A program made the position numbers and the translations under genes. The notes beneath the pieces are model-generated. The model did not search any database. It had not been told where the DNA came from and saw only the letters and a program-made list of their open reading frames with translations. From an uncultured delta proteobacterium (lineage in GTDB: Bacteria > Desulfobacterota > Binatia > UBA9968): a DNA stretch of 64,000 bases. The stretch covers positions 1-64,000 of the forward strand of contig CAWJZV010000009.1 of the NCBI GenBank assembly GCA_963847445.1, in the 5' to 3' direction. This document shows, piece by piece, positions 10,187-20,973 of the stretch (position 1 is its first letter; each line of letters begins with the position of its first letter).

Positions 10187-10804
10187 TTATTTAAACGGCG
10201 CACAGGGCGCCGGAGTCATAATGGTATTTTCCTGCATCACCAGCAGCTCCCTGGTAGGCGGCGGCCAACCTTCGACGGTCTTCGATGCTTCGGCGCGCAG
10301 ACGCTCGCGCTCGCCGGCGTCTTTGTAGGCCCAAACATGAATATATTGGTTGAGCGGCCCGATGATCGTCTGCCCGGCAAAAACCAGCGGCGATACTTTG
10401 GTGCGAGCGCCGATTACCTTGCCCCAGCGTTCAAAGACCGTCGGCATGGCGCCGGGTTGATAAGTGTAGGTGCGGAACTCATATAGCTCGCCGAGCTTTT
10501 TTTCCGGCAGCGGCGGCGAGTACGGCGCCAACTGGACGATCTTGTTTTCTTGGGTGACAATGAACTCTTGCGTCTTGGGCGGCCATTTGCCGGTCTTGCG
10601 CGCCTCGCCGCCGATGCGCTCGCGGTCTTCGAAGCTCTCGTAGGGCCAGACATGAGTCACCCGGTTGAGACCGCCGACTTCCGAGCAGAATAGTCCAAGC
10701 AGCTTGGAAAATTGCAGCCGCGCCGTTAGCCCCTCGGCAAAGCGCTCGACAAAATTATTCGTCATCCCTGGTTTCAACACATAAGTTCTCATCTCAAGAA
10801 ACAT
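10187..10804 (-). CDS. tandem NIPSNAP-domain protein
   Basis: Two repeats of E(M/F)RTY...HVW(P/A)Y...R..R. Confidence 0.88.
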   Translation of the reverse strand: MFLEMRTYVLKPGMTNNFVERFAEGLTARLQFSKLLGLFCSEVGGLNRVTHVWPYESFEDRERIGGEARKTGKWPPKTQEFIVTQENKIVQLAPYSPPLPEKKLGELYEFRTYTYQPGAMPTVFERWGKVIGARTKVSPLVFAGQTIIGPLNQYIHVWAYKDAGERERLRAEASKTVEGWPPPTRELLVMQENTIMTPAPCAPFK

Positions 10805-10917
10805 AGCGCCACCTCCAATAATTAGTCCCTATTCTTTCCCACAAATGGTGCAAGTATTGCAACCGTCGCGTCGGCCGTTTTCATGGCATCACGAATCTGC
10901 TAAGAGGCTTAGGGTAA

Positions 10918-12090
<1,173 letters not shown>

Positions 12091-12215
12091 TCCCATCACG
12101 GCTTGCGTAAGCACAAAACGTTGGAGTTGGGGCGCCGCCGCGATAGTAAATCCAGCGACGCCGATTGGCGGCCGTCAAGCGATCGTTTCCCAGGAGAATT
12201 TGCCGGGAAAATGGC

Positions 12216-12244
12216 TTGCAGTTTGAAAAATTTCTCACTATAAG
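12216..12244 (+). promoter_or_regulatory. putative sigma70 promoter of coxSMG
   Basis: TTGCAG-17 nt-TATAAG. Confidence 0.5.
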
Positions 12245-12313
12245 AAGGCCCTAGTGGTTTTTTCCAGCCTGTGCTGAAAACTCCGCGCGACAGACACTGA
12301 GAAAGGAACAGCG

Positions 12314-12781
12314 ATGAATAAGAAGATCAAATTTCGCGTTAACGGCAAACGACATGAGGTCGAGGTCCCGACCAATCGTATGTTAATCGACTGTTTGCGT
12401 TACGATCTCGGGCTGACCGGCACCAAGGAAGGTTGCAGCGTCGGCGTCTGCGGCGCCTGCACCGTGCTGATGGACGGCGACATGATCAGCTCCTGCCTGA
12501 CGTTAGCAGTCATGGCCGACGGCCATGAACTCACCACGGTTGAGGGTCTGGCGAAAAATGGCGAGCTCAACCCGGTGCAAAAGAGTTTCATCCAATATGG
12601 CGGTTTTCAATGCGGCATCTGCACCCCCGGCCAGGTGGTCGCGGCGACGGCTTTATTGAAAGAAAACCCCAAGCCCAACGAAGACGAAATCAAAGACTGG
12701 ATGATGGGCAACCTGTGCCGCTGCACCGGTTATTACAAGATCATCGAATCGATCCAGAAAGCGCATCAATTCGCGAAATAA
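12314..12781 (+). CDS. coxS: molybdenum hydroxylase small 2Fe-2S subunit (CoxS/CutS family)
   Basis: GTKEGCSVGVCGACTV, QCGICTPG, NLCRCTGY. Confidence 0.92.
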   Translation: MNKKIKFRVNGKRHEVEVPTNRMLIDCLRYDLGLTGTKEGCSVGVCGACTVLMDGDMISSCLTLAVMADGHELTTVEGLAKNGELNPVQKSFIQYGGFQCGICTPGQVVAATALLKENPKPNEDEIKDWMMGNLCRCTGYYKIIESIQKAHQFAK

Positions 12782-12794
12782 TAAGGACACAGCC

Positions 12795-13730
12795 ATGATA
12801 CCTTTTGAATATCGCACCCCGAAGAGTCTCAAAGAAGTCCACGCGACACTAAAAGAGTTTGGCGGCGACGCCAAGCTGATCGCCGGCGGCACCGCCTTGG
12901 TGATCATGATGAAACAGCGCTTGGTCCGGCCCACCTGCCTGGTCAGCCTGAGCTCGGTGCGCGGCTTGAACGGCATCGAAATAAAAGACGGCGGTTTGTC
13001 GATCGGCGGTCTGGCCACCCATAGAGCAGTGGAAAGCTCGTCGCTGGTGCGCCGGCGCTTGCCGATGTTGGCCGAGACTTATCACCATGTCGCCACCCTG
13101 CGCATACGCAACATGGCCACCGTCGGCGGCGGCTTGGCCCATGCCGATCCCAACCAGGATCCCCCGCCCAGCCTGATCGCGCTTGGCGCCACAGTGAAAG
13201 CGACCTCGGCAACTGGCAGCCGGGTGATTGCCCTCGACGAATTTTTCAAAGATTATTATGAGACCCTGCTCAATCCCGATGAGATCATCACCGAAGTGAT
13301 GGTGCCGAAACAGGCGCCCAACACCGGCGCGGCCTATATTAAATTTTTGCCGCGCACCGCGGATGACTATGCCACCGTCTCGGCGGCGGCAGTGCTGACC
13401 CTCGACAAGACGATGAAAACCATCGCCGATGTGCGCATCGCGCTGGGTAGCGTCGGCGTGACGCCGATCCGGGCCACCGCGGCCGAAGCGGTGCTGCGCG
13501 GCCAACCGTTGAAGGCCGAAGCTTTTGCTGAAGCCGGAGAGAAGGCCAAACAAGCCGTCGACCCGGTCAGCGATTTCCGCGGCTCGGCGGCATACAAGAC
13601 CGATATGGCGGCGGTATTCGTCCGGCGCGCTCTGGAAAAAGCGCTCGCCGACATTCGCCAGCAGGCAAAAGCCAAAGCGGCACCGAAGCCGGCAATTAAG
13701 AAAGCCGTCAAGAAAGGCAAAAAACGGTGA
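12795..13730 (+). CDS. coxM: molybdenum hydroxylase FAD-binding medium subunit (CoxM/CutM family)
   Basis: IAGGTAL, IRNMATVGG, DFRGSAAYK; Lys/Ala-rich tail. Confidence 0.92.
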   Translation: MIPFEYRTPKSLKEVHATLKEFGGDAKLIAGGTALVIMMKQRLVRPTCLVSLSSVRGLNGIEIKDGGLSIGGLATHRAVESSSLVRRRLPMLAETYHHVATLRIRNMATVGGGLAHADPNQDPPPSLIALGATVKATSATGSRVIALDEFFKDYYETLLNPDEIITEVMVPKQAPNTGAAYIKFLPRTADDYATVSAAAVLTLDKTMKTIADVRIALGSVGVTPIRATAAEAVLRGQPLKAEAFAEAGEKAKQAVDPVSDFRGSAAYKTDMAAVFVRRALEKALADIRQQAKAKAAPKPAIKKAVKKGKKR

Positions 13731-14179
13731 AATTTTCCCAGACAGCCCAGATCCCCGTCGCCCGTGAACCGCTTTGGGAATTCTTGATGGATGTGCCCAA
13801 GGTAGCCAAGTCGCTGCCCGGGGTCGATTCGGTCAGCAAGATCGACGATACAACCTATGAAGGCGCGCTGACCGTGCGCGTCGGCCCGATCAAGTTGAAC
13901 CTGCAAGGCAAGATCATTCTCGAAGAGCAAAACAAGTCCGATTGGCGCGCCGCGCTGCGCGCCGAGGCGAAAGACCGCATGGCGGCAGGGGCGGTTAACG
14001 GCAAAACCATCATGAACTTGAAAGAGATCAGCGCTAATATGACCGAGCTGGTCGTCGAAACCGACGTGAATATTCTCGGCAAGATCGGCGAATTCGGCCA
14101 ACCGATCATCCGCAAGAAAGCCGACGCGATGCTCAAAGAGTTCGTCGAGAATATCAAAAAACAGCTAACTGGAAAGTAA
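13727..14179 (+). CDS. coxG: CoxG / SRPBCC family protein
   Basis: LWEFLMD, VRVGPI, GKIGEFGQPII; overlaps the coxM stop. Confidence 0.85.
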   Translation: MKFSQTAQIPVAREPLWEFLMDVPKVAKSLPGVDSVSKIDDTTYEGALTVRVGPIKLNLQGKIILEEQNKSDWRAALRAEAKDRMAAGAVNGKTIMNLKEISANMTELVVETDVNILGKIGEFGQPIIRKKADAMLKEFVENIKKQLTGK

Positions 14180-14335
14180 CGGCTGGCCGCCCTCTTCGGA
14201 GCTCTTCATCCTGATCTAAACTAGTTTGCGTCACCCGGCCGAGGACTCGATCATCGCAGTCCTCGGCCAGTTTTTTACATCCCGCCGAATTATCCCGATA
14301 GCGAAAACATTCCATCTTGGGCTGGATCGTCACCG

Positions 14336-14496
14336 GGCGGACGATGGGCCAACCGCGGACTTCCTTGTTGGATACGAAGTCGATGGGAAAATGCTGCCGA
14401 GCACGATCCCGTCGATGTAACCGACGTGATTGGCGAGGAAAACGTAGCCGCGGCGCTCCAGATGGCCTTAGTCGCCGGCAACCGTAACTTTTAAAA
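14336..14496 (-). pseudogene. fragment of a lysophospholipid acyltransferase (PlsC-like)
   Basis: Manual translation LKVTVAGD*GHLERRGYVFLANHVGYIDGIVLGSIFP, then frameshift to FVSNKEVRGWPIV; NHxxxxD motif, in-frame TAA, both ends missing. Confidence 0.6.
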
Positions 14497-14518
14497 TCAA
14501 TGCGCGGCGCTCCGATCT

Positions 14519-15280
14519 CTAGCGATGGCGCCATTGTGGCGGCCGTTTCTGCAAAAAAGCTTGCACCCCTTCTTCGACATCGGCGGTTTTTAACAGTTCA
14601 TCACAGTAGATTTGTTCGGAGCGTTTGAGCGCTGCGGCAAAATCGCGCAAAGACAGTTCGCGCAGTCCTTTGACCGTTAGACGCATAACCGCGCCGCTTT
14701 TACTGAGCAATTCGCCTACCAGACTCTGCACACCAGTTTCCAGTTCACTTTCGGCAAACACCCGATTGATCAAGCCCATGGCCTGAGCCTCCCGGGCGCT
14801 CAAGCGCCGCCCGGTGAGAATCATTTCCGCCGCCCGGTGGTAACCGATCAATGACGCAAAGCGCGCCAACGCCACCGGCGGGTAACAACCAACAAGAATT
14901 TCCGGGGTTGCGAACGAACTTTCCTCCGAAGCGACGACAAAGTCGCACACACTGGCGACTTCGCAGCCGCCGCCGAGACAAGCGCCGCGCACCGCGGCGA
15001 TGGTCACCTGGGGCAAGCTCAAGAGCCGGCGAATCACGCCATGAACCACGTCGAGCATTTCGGGAACTTTCTCTTTGGTGTGATCCTTGATGTCCACACC
15101 GGCGGAAAAAGCTTTGGACCCTTGCCCCTGCAAGACCACGACGTCAATAGCAGGGTCCGCCGCGCAGCGCTTGAGAATCTCGTCGAGCTCGCGCAACAAT
15201 ACGATATCGAGAACGTTTAACGGCGGCCTGTCCCACGTAACCGTCAGCAACCGGTCTGTCCTAGCGACTGCTACACTCAT
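14519..15280 (-). CDS. enoyl-CoA hydratase/isomerase family protein
   Basis: PPLNVLD, FSAGVD, CLGGGCE, PEILVG. Confidence 0.92.
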   Translation of the reverse strand: MSVAVARTDRLLTVTWDRPPLNVLDIVLLRELDEILKRCAADPAIDVVVLQGQGSKAFSAGVDIKDHTKEKVPEMLDVVHGVIRRLLSLPQVTIAAVRGACLGGGCEVASVCDFVVASEESSFATPEILVGCYPPVALARFASLIGYHRAAEMILTGRRLSAREAQAMGLINRVFAESELETGVQSLVGELLSKSGAVMRLTVKGLRELSLRDFAAALKRSEQIYCDELLKTADVEEGVQAFLQKRPPQWRHR

Positions 15281-15370
15281 GGCAATTCCCTCTTTATGGA
15301 GACATCCACTATATGGCCTTGTATTAAACCGATGATCCTGCCGCTTACAAGGCAGCCGCTAAACAAAAGT

Positions 15371-15399
15371 TTGACAAACCCATCCGCAGCTCCTAAACT
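15371..15399 (+). promoter_or_regulatory. putative sigma70 promoter of the OmpA gene
   Basis: TTGACA-17 nt-TAAACT. Confidence 0.6.
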
Positions 15400-15432
15400 A
15401 ATGTTCTATCAGCGTCCCAAGGAGGGCGAAAC

Positions 15433-16194
15433 ATGAGTAAACGAACAGCCCAGTCATTGACATTGGCACTACTAATCGGTTTTGCCGCGCAGACCAGCTT
15501 CGCCGCGCCAGATGAATACGACGATAGCCAGTCCCATCCGTTAAGAATTCTCGCCTACGTTTGGCATCCGGTGGGCTGGCTCGCCGAGTGGACCTTCTTT
15601 CGACCCTTTCATTATCTCGTCAGCGCGACCCCACGGCAGGAAAAGGTTTTTGGCCACAATCCCCACCCGCCGGTACTGGCTGAGCCGCAACCTTTGTACG
15701 ACTTCGGCGCAGCTAAAAAAGTTCCGGTGCAGACAGTGCACATCGCACCACCGGCGCCGGCGCCAGTGCCGATGCCGGAGCATGTGAAGATCGTCCAAGT
15801 TCCGGTGGAAAAGACCGTTATTCAAGTTCAGGAGAAGATCGTCGAGGTCGAACGTTTGGTTTTCACACCGGTTGCTTTCAATTTCGACTCGGGTCAATTG
15901 ACCGACTTGGGCAAGGGTCAAGTTTACCTCGCCGCCCAGCGGCTCAAAGAGCGCGGCAACCTGACCATTGTCGTCGAAGGCCATGCCGATAATCGTGGCG
16001 ACGATGGCTACAATCAGAAACTTGGCCTGCAGCGCGCTCAGACGGTCATGACTGAACTGGCTGCATTCGGCGTCGATCCGAGCCGGATGTCTACGGTCAG
16101 CGTCGGCGAAGGCAAGCCGTTAATCGAGCAGGACACCGCATGGGCGCGGGCGATTAACCGGCGCGTCGAATTTCAGGTAAAATCGGCGAAATAG
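15433..16194 (+). CDS. OmpA-family peptidoglycan-binding protein
   Basis: Signal peptide, Pro-rich linker, FNFDS, EGHAD, NQKLGLQRA, NRRVEF. Confidence 0.88.
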   Translation: MSKRTAQSLTLALLIGFAAQTSFAAPDEYDDSQSHPLRILAYVWHPVGWLAEWTFFRPFHYLVSATPRQEKVFGHNPHPPVLAEPQPLYDFGAAKKVPVQTVHIAPPAPAPVPMPEHVKIVQVPVEKTVIQVQEKIVEVERLVFTPVAFNFDSGQLTDLGKGQVYLAAQRLKERGNLTIVVEGHADNRGDDGYNQKLGLQRAQTVMTELAAFGVDPSRMSTVSVGEGKPLIEQDTAWARAINRRVEFQVKSAK

Positions 16195-16215
16195 CGTAAT
16201 CGATCCATCGTAACC

Positions 16216-16248
16216 AAGCCCAGCCGTCTTCTTCGGCTGGGCTTTTTT
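16216..16248 (+). terminator. intrinsic terminator
   Basis: AAGCCCAGCCG-TCTTCTT-CGGCTGGGCTT followed by a T-run. Confidence 0.85.
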
Positions 16249-16288
16249 ATTGGCGCCGATCGGGTAGAGTAACAAGCACAACCGGCAC

Positions 16289-16903
16289 ATGGCCTACAAC
16301 CCTCAAGACCGCTATTTCAATAAAGCCAAACAGGACGGCTATCGCTCCCGCGCCGCCTACAAACTTGTCGAACTGCAGCAGCGCTTTCGCTTGCTCAATC
16401 CCGGCGACCGGGTCGTCGACCTGGGTGCGGCGCCAGGCGGCTGGTTGCAGGTCGCCGCCAAGCTCGTCGGTCCCGATGGCAAAGTCATCGGCGTCGATGT
16501 GCAAGCGATCCAGCCCTTTCAAGAGCGCAATATCGGGCTAATTCAGGGCGATATTCTGACCGGTGAAACTCACACCAAAGTCAAAGAGCTATTGGGTGGA
16601 ACTGCGCACTGCGTGCTGTCGGATATGGCGCCCAAACTGAGCGGCATTCGTGACGCCGATATGGCGCGCTCCTACGCGCTCAACCAGATGGCGCTCCAAG
16701 TCGCCAAGGAGCTACTGCGCCCAGGCGGGATATTGCTGGTCAAGAGTTTTGTCAGCGAGGATCTGCAAAGCTACACGGCCGAGCTGAAAAATCATTTCAC
16801 CCTGGTGCAACGCACCAAGCCGGAAGCGAGCCGCCCAGGTTCCTCCGAGTTTTACTTCTACGCCAAGGGCTATGCGGCAAAAACTAACGCGGTCGTATGG
16901 TAA
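16289..16903 (+). CDS. rlmE: 23S rRNA Um2552 methyltransferase
   Basis: YRSRAAYKL, DLGAAPGGW, SDMAP, KPEASR..SSE. Confidence 0.95.
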   Translation: MAYNPQDRYFNKAKQDGYRSRAAYKLVELQQRFRLLNPGDRVVDLGAAPGGWLQVAAKLVGPDGKVIGVDVQAIQPFQERNIGLIQGDILTGETHTKVKELLGGTAHCVLSDMAPKLSGIRDADMARSYALNQMALQVAKELLRPGGILLVKSFVSEDLQSYTAELKNHFTLVQRTKPEASRPGSSEFYFYAKGYAAKTNAVVW

Positions 16904-16906
16904 GTA

Positions 16907-17896
16907 ATGTCGGAATTCAGCAAAGACCCGCTCACCGGCCGCGGCGTGATCATCGCACCCGAGCGCGCACAGCGGCCCGAACAGTTTGACCCGACGAGCA
17001 CCGCGGAGTCAGACCAACCCTGCCCATTTTGCCCTGGCAATGAACGCCAAACGCCACCGGAATCCTGGGCGGATCGGCCAGCGGATTCGCCGCCCGATCG
17101 GCCCGGCTGGTCGATCCGCGTGGTACCGAACAAATACCCGGCCGTCACTGCCGATGTCATAGCCGATGGCCAAACCGCAGATCGGTCCGCCGGCGCCGGC
17201 ATTCATGAAGTCATAATAGAAAACCCGGCTCATGTCGCCAACCTGGCGGCGCTAGACGAAGCACAGTTCAGCAAGATTTTTCGCGCCTACCGCGGACGCT
17301 TGCGCGCCGTACGCGAGGATCGCCGCTGGCGCTTCGCCTTGATCTTCAAGAACCAAGGCGAGCGCGCCGGCGCGACGCTAGAACATGCGCATGCGCAACT
17401 GCTCGCTTTGCCATTCGTCCCCGCCGATGTGGAGAAGGAATTGGCCGGCGCCCGCGACTACCATCGGCGCAACGCCAGCTGCTATTACTGCGCGTTGATC
17501 GAACGCGAGCTGCAGGCACAAGTGCGTGTGGTCACGAGCAGTGCAGCATTCATCGCGCTCTGTCCCGCGGCGCCGCGCTTTGCCTTTGAAACCTGGATAC
17601 TTCCGAGGGTTCACGGCGCCGCCTTCGAGCACGCCGATGACTCGACCATCGCCGCTCTGGCGAAAATCTCGCGCCAGGTGATTACCGCGTTGGACCGGCT
17701 GCGGGCCAATCCGCCGTTCAATTATTTCATTCAGTCGCTGCCTTTGGCTGACAGTGAGCGCGCCCATTATCATTGGCAGTTGCGCTTGCTACCGCAGTTT
17801 TCTCGAGCTGCCGGATTCGAATGGGGTTCGGGGATTCATATCAATCCGGTGGCGCCGGAAGCGGCGGCGCAGGTTTTACGCGACGCGCTGATCTAA
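16907..17896 (+). CDS. galT: galactose-1-phosphate uridylyltransferase-like (GalT/HIT) protein
   Basis: CPFCPGNE, NKYPA, HEVIIE, GATLEHAHAQ, AGFEWGSG. Confidence 0.85.
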   Translation: MSEFSKDPLTGRGVIIAPERAQRPEQFDPTSTAESDQPCPFCPGNERQTPPESWADRPADSPPDRPGWSIRVVPNKYPAVTADVIADGQTADRSAGAGIHEVIIENPAHVANLAALDEAQFSKIFRAYRGRLRAVREDRRWRFALIFKNQGERAGATLEHAHAQLLALPFVPADVEKELAGARDYHRRNASCYYCALIERELQAQVRVVTSSAAFIALCPAAPRFAFETWILPRVHGAAFEHADDSTIAALAKISRQVITALDRLRANPPFNYFIQSLPLADSERAHYHWQLRLLPQFSRAAGFEWGSGIHINPVAPEAAAQVLRDALI

Positions 17897-19144
17897 GCCC
17901 TGAGCCGGCTCGCCGCCGCGCGCTTGCCTTTGCTGGTACAACAGCACCGCGGCGGCAATCGCGCAAACCGCGCCGCAAATGGTAATCGCCCGCGGCGTAC
18001 CGACCAGATGAGCGACACTGCCGATAAACAGCGTGCCGAAGGACCACAGCCCCTTATCCATGAAAAACAGACTGAGCATGCGGCCGAGATACTGCGGCGG
18101 CGTTTCCATTTGGACGATGGAGTTGGCAACGGCGCGAAAAGCGATGTTACTGGCGCCAACCAGGATGAGAAACAGCATGGACAGATAGATCGAGCGGGAA
18201 AAGGAAAAGAGCATCAGGGAAATCGAGAACGCCAACACCGCCGTGGCGACGAAATGAAGACGCCGGCGCAATCGGCCGAGGGACGCGATCCCTAGGCCAG
18301 CGAGGACCGCGCCGACACCCGGCGCGGCGAGCAACAACCCGAACGTCGTCGGCCCGGCATGGAGCACGTCGGTGGCGAACACGGGTAAGAAACGCGAGTA
18401 GGGCGTGCCGACCAGCGCGATGCCGTAGGTCAGGAGAATCAGCGAGAGCAGCCGCCGGTCGCTGCGGAGAAAACGATAGCCCTGGGAAACTTCCTGCCAG
18501 AATGGAGTTGCGTCATTGACCTTGGCACGCCCTGGAGGAATTTCCATTACCACTAAGGTGACGATGATCGCGAAAAAGCTGATGGCATTCACCAGCAAGC
18601 AGCCGGCGATGCCAATCACGCCGATCAGCACACCGCCCAAAGACGGGCCGATGATCTTCGCCAAGTTCGCCAGCGATGAATTGAGCGCGATGGCATTCAT
18701 CAAATCCGCGCGCGGCACGATATTGTTGATCAGCGAATGACGCGCGGTCTGGTTGAGCGAATTGACCATGCCGAGGAACAACACCAGCAGCAGCACATGC
18801 CAGAACTCGACCCACGCGAATTGCACCACGGCCCAAAATACAATTGCCTGCGCCATGGCTAAGAATTGCGTGCACAGCAGCAGCCGGCGCCGTTCGACAC
18901 GGTCGACGATGGCGCCGCCGATGGCGCCTAAGAGCAAGCGTGGCAGCGCCTGGGCGAAGCCGACGACGCCGAGTAGAAACGGCGACTTGGTCATCTGCCA
19001 GACCAGCCAGCTCTGCGCCATCGCCTGGATGAAATCGCCGACATGGGACAGGCTGGTGCCGCAGAAAAGCAGCCGGAAGTTGCGGTGCTTGAGCGAGCTA
19101 AGCGTTATCGCGAGTTGCGTCGACCCTCGTTGCCAAAGGGCCAT
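17876..19144 (-). CDS. MFS transporter
   Basis: About 12 hydrophobic segments; GAIVDRVERRRLL motif A. Confidence 0.9.
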   Translation of the reverse strand: MALWQRGSTQLAITLSSLKHRNFRLLFCGTSLSHVGDFIQAMAQSWLVWQMTKSPFLLGVVGFAQALPRLLLGAIGGAIVDRVERRRLLLCTQFLAMAQAIVFWAVVQFAWVEFWHVLLLVLFLGMVNSLNQTARHSLINNIVPRADLMNAIALNSSLANLAKIIGPSLGGVLIGVIGIAGCLLVNAISFFAIIVTLVVMEIPPGRAKVNDATPFWQEVSQGYRFLRSDRRLLSLILLTYGIALVGTPYSRFLPVFATDVLHAGPTTFGLLLAAPGVGAVLAGLGIASLGRLRRRLHFVATAVLAFSISLMLFSFSRSIYLSMLFLILVGASNIAFRAVANSIVQMETPPQYLGRMLSLFFMDKGLWSFGTLFIGSVAHLVGTPRAITICGAVCAIAAAVLLYQQRQARGGEPAQGLDQRVA

Positions 19145-20973
19145 TATTCGACCGTGACGCTCTTGGCCAGATTGCGCGGTTGATCGACATCCTTACCGCC
19201 CAGCACGGCGATGTAATAGGCTAGCAATTGCAGCGGGATGGTCATCACGATGGGCGTAAGATAGTGCGAAGCTTTGGGCAGCGTCAAGACCCGAAATGCG
19301 GGAATCTCCGCGGCGGTTTTGCTATCGTCGGTTAGGACGATGATTTTGCCGCCGCGCGACTCGACTTCTTTTAAATTACTGATGGTTTTGTCGAAGTAAC
19401 GATCCCGCGGCGCCAGCACCACCACCGGCAGCTTCTCGTCGATCAAGGCGATCGGCCCATGCTTCATCTCGCCTGCCGGATAGCCCTCGGCATGGATGTA
19501 GGAAATCTCTTTCAGTTTAAGCGCCCCCTCCAGTGCGATGGGATAATTGATGCCGCGGCCGAGATAGAGAAAGTCACGGCTGTGGAGCAGATCGCGGGCC
19601 AACACTCTGACTTCCGGTTCGAGCTTCAAGGCTTCTTCGATCCAGGTCGGCAGATGCATCAGATCGCGCAGCAATTTACGCGCGTCGGCTGATTTGAGCT
19701 TGCCGTTCATCCGGCCAAGCGCGATGGCGAGCAAGTAGAGCGCGGTCAATTGGGTGGTAAACGCTTTGGTGCTGGCGACACTGATCTCAGGGCCGGCATG
19801 GGTGTAAAGGACACCATCGGATTTGCGTGGGATGGATGAATCGATGACGTTGCAGATCGACAGAATTTTCGCTTTATTGGCGCGGGCGATAACGGTGGCC
19901 GCCAAGGTATCCGCGGTCTCGCCGGACTGGCTCACCATCAGCAAGATCGACTTGGGGTCCATCAACGGCGAGCGATAGCGAAACTCCGAACCGTAATCCA
20001 CCTCGGCGGGAATGCCGGCGATCTCTTCAAGCAAAAACTTGCCGACCAGACAGGCATGCCAAGCGGTGCCGCAAGCGACTAAGTGTATCCGTTTGATCTG
20101 TTTCACCGCGCTGGCTTTGAGCTTGATATCTTCCAGCGCCACATTGCCGTCTTTGAGTGCGATGCGGCCGCGAAAGGTATCGGCCAAAGCGCGCGGCTGG
20201 TCATGGATCTCCTTGAGCATGAAATGCGGGTAGCCGCCTTTTTGCGCCGCGATGGCATCCCAGGTGATCTGTTTCACCGGCCGCTTAACCGGCTTCCCCT
20301 TGCCGTCATATAGGCGAAAGCCGGCGACGGTCACTTCACCGATCTCGCCGTCTTCGAGAAACGCCACTTTACGAGTGTAGTCGAGCAACGCGGGAATATC
20401 GGAAGCGATAAACATCTCGCCATCGCCCGCGCCGATCACGATGGGCGTGGAATTCTTGGCGACGATCATGCGCGTCGGATCGCGCCGGTTGAGAAACAAC
20501 AACGCATACGAACCGTGAATTTCCCGCAGCGTGCGCTGCACCGCGACGAGAAAATCGACGCCGCGGGCAACCTTCTCGGCGACCAGATGGGCGACGATCT
20601 CGGAATCGGTTTCCGAGCTAAAATGAGTGCCGCGCTTGATCAATTGCTGCTTCAACTCGAGATAATTCTCGATGATGCCGTTGTGCACGACCACGATATC
20701 GCCGGCGCTATGCGGGTGGGCATTGTTCTCCGACGGCCGGCCATGGGTTGCCCAACGGGTGTGGCCGATGCCGATCGTTCCGGTCATCGGCTGGCGTTCC
20801 AGCGTGGCGGCGAGATTGTTGAGTTTGCCCTCAGCGCGGCGCACGGACACCCGGCTGTCATGGAGCACGGCGATGCCCGCCGAGTCATAACCGCGGTATT
20901 CGAGCTTGCGCAAGCTCTCGAGAATCAGAGGTGCTGCGTCCCTTTGCCCAATGTAGCCGACGATGCCGCACAT
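19144..20973 (-). CDS. glmS: glutamine-fructose-6-phosphate transaminase
   Basis: MCGIVG, HTRWATHG, SQSGETADT, PRNLAKSVTVE. Confidence 0.99.
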   Translation of the reverse strand: MCGIVGYIGQRDAAPLILESLRKLEYRGYDSAGIAVLHDSRVSVRRAEGKLNNLAATLERQPMTGTIGIGHTRWATHGRPSENNAHPHSAGDIVVVHNGIIENYLELKQQLIKRGTHFSSETDSEIVAHLVAEKVARGVDFLVAVQRTLREIHGSYALLFLNRRDPTRMIVAKNSTPIVIGAGDGEMFIASDIPALLDYTRKVAFLEDGEIGEVTVAGFRLYDGKGKPVKRPVKQITWDAIAAQKGGYPHFMLKEIHDQPRALADTFRGRIALKDGNVALEDIKLKASAVKQIKRIHLVACGTAWHACLVGKFLLEEIAGIPAEVDYGSEFRYRSPLMDPKSILLMVSQSGETADTLAATVIARANKAKILSICNVIDSSIPRKSDGVLYTHAGPEISVASTKAFTTQLTALYLLAIALGRMNGKLKSADARKLLRDLMHLPTWIEEALKLEPEVRVLARDLLHSRDFLYLGRGINYPIALEGALKLKEISYIHAEGYPAGEMKHGPIALIDEKLPVVVLAPRDRYFDKTISNLKEVESRGGKIIVLTDDSKTAAEIPAFRVLTLPKASHYLTPIVMTIPLQLLAYYIAVLGGKDVDQPRNLAKSVTVE

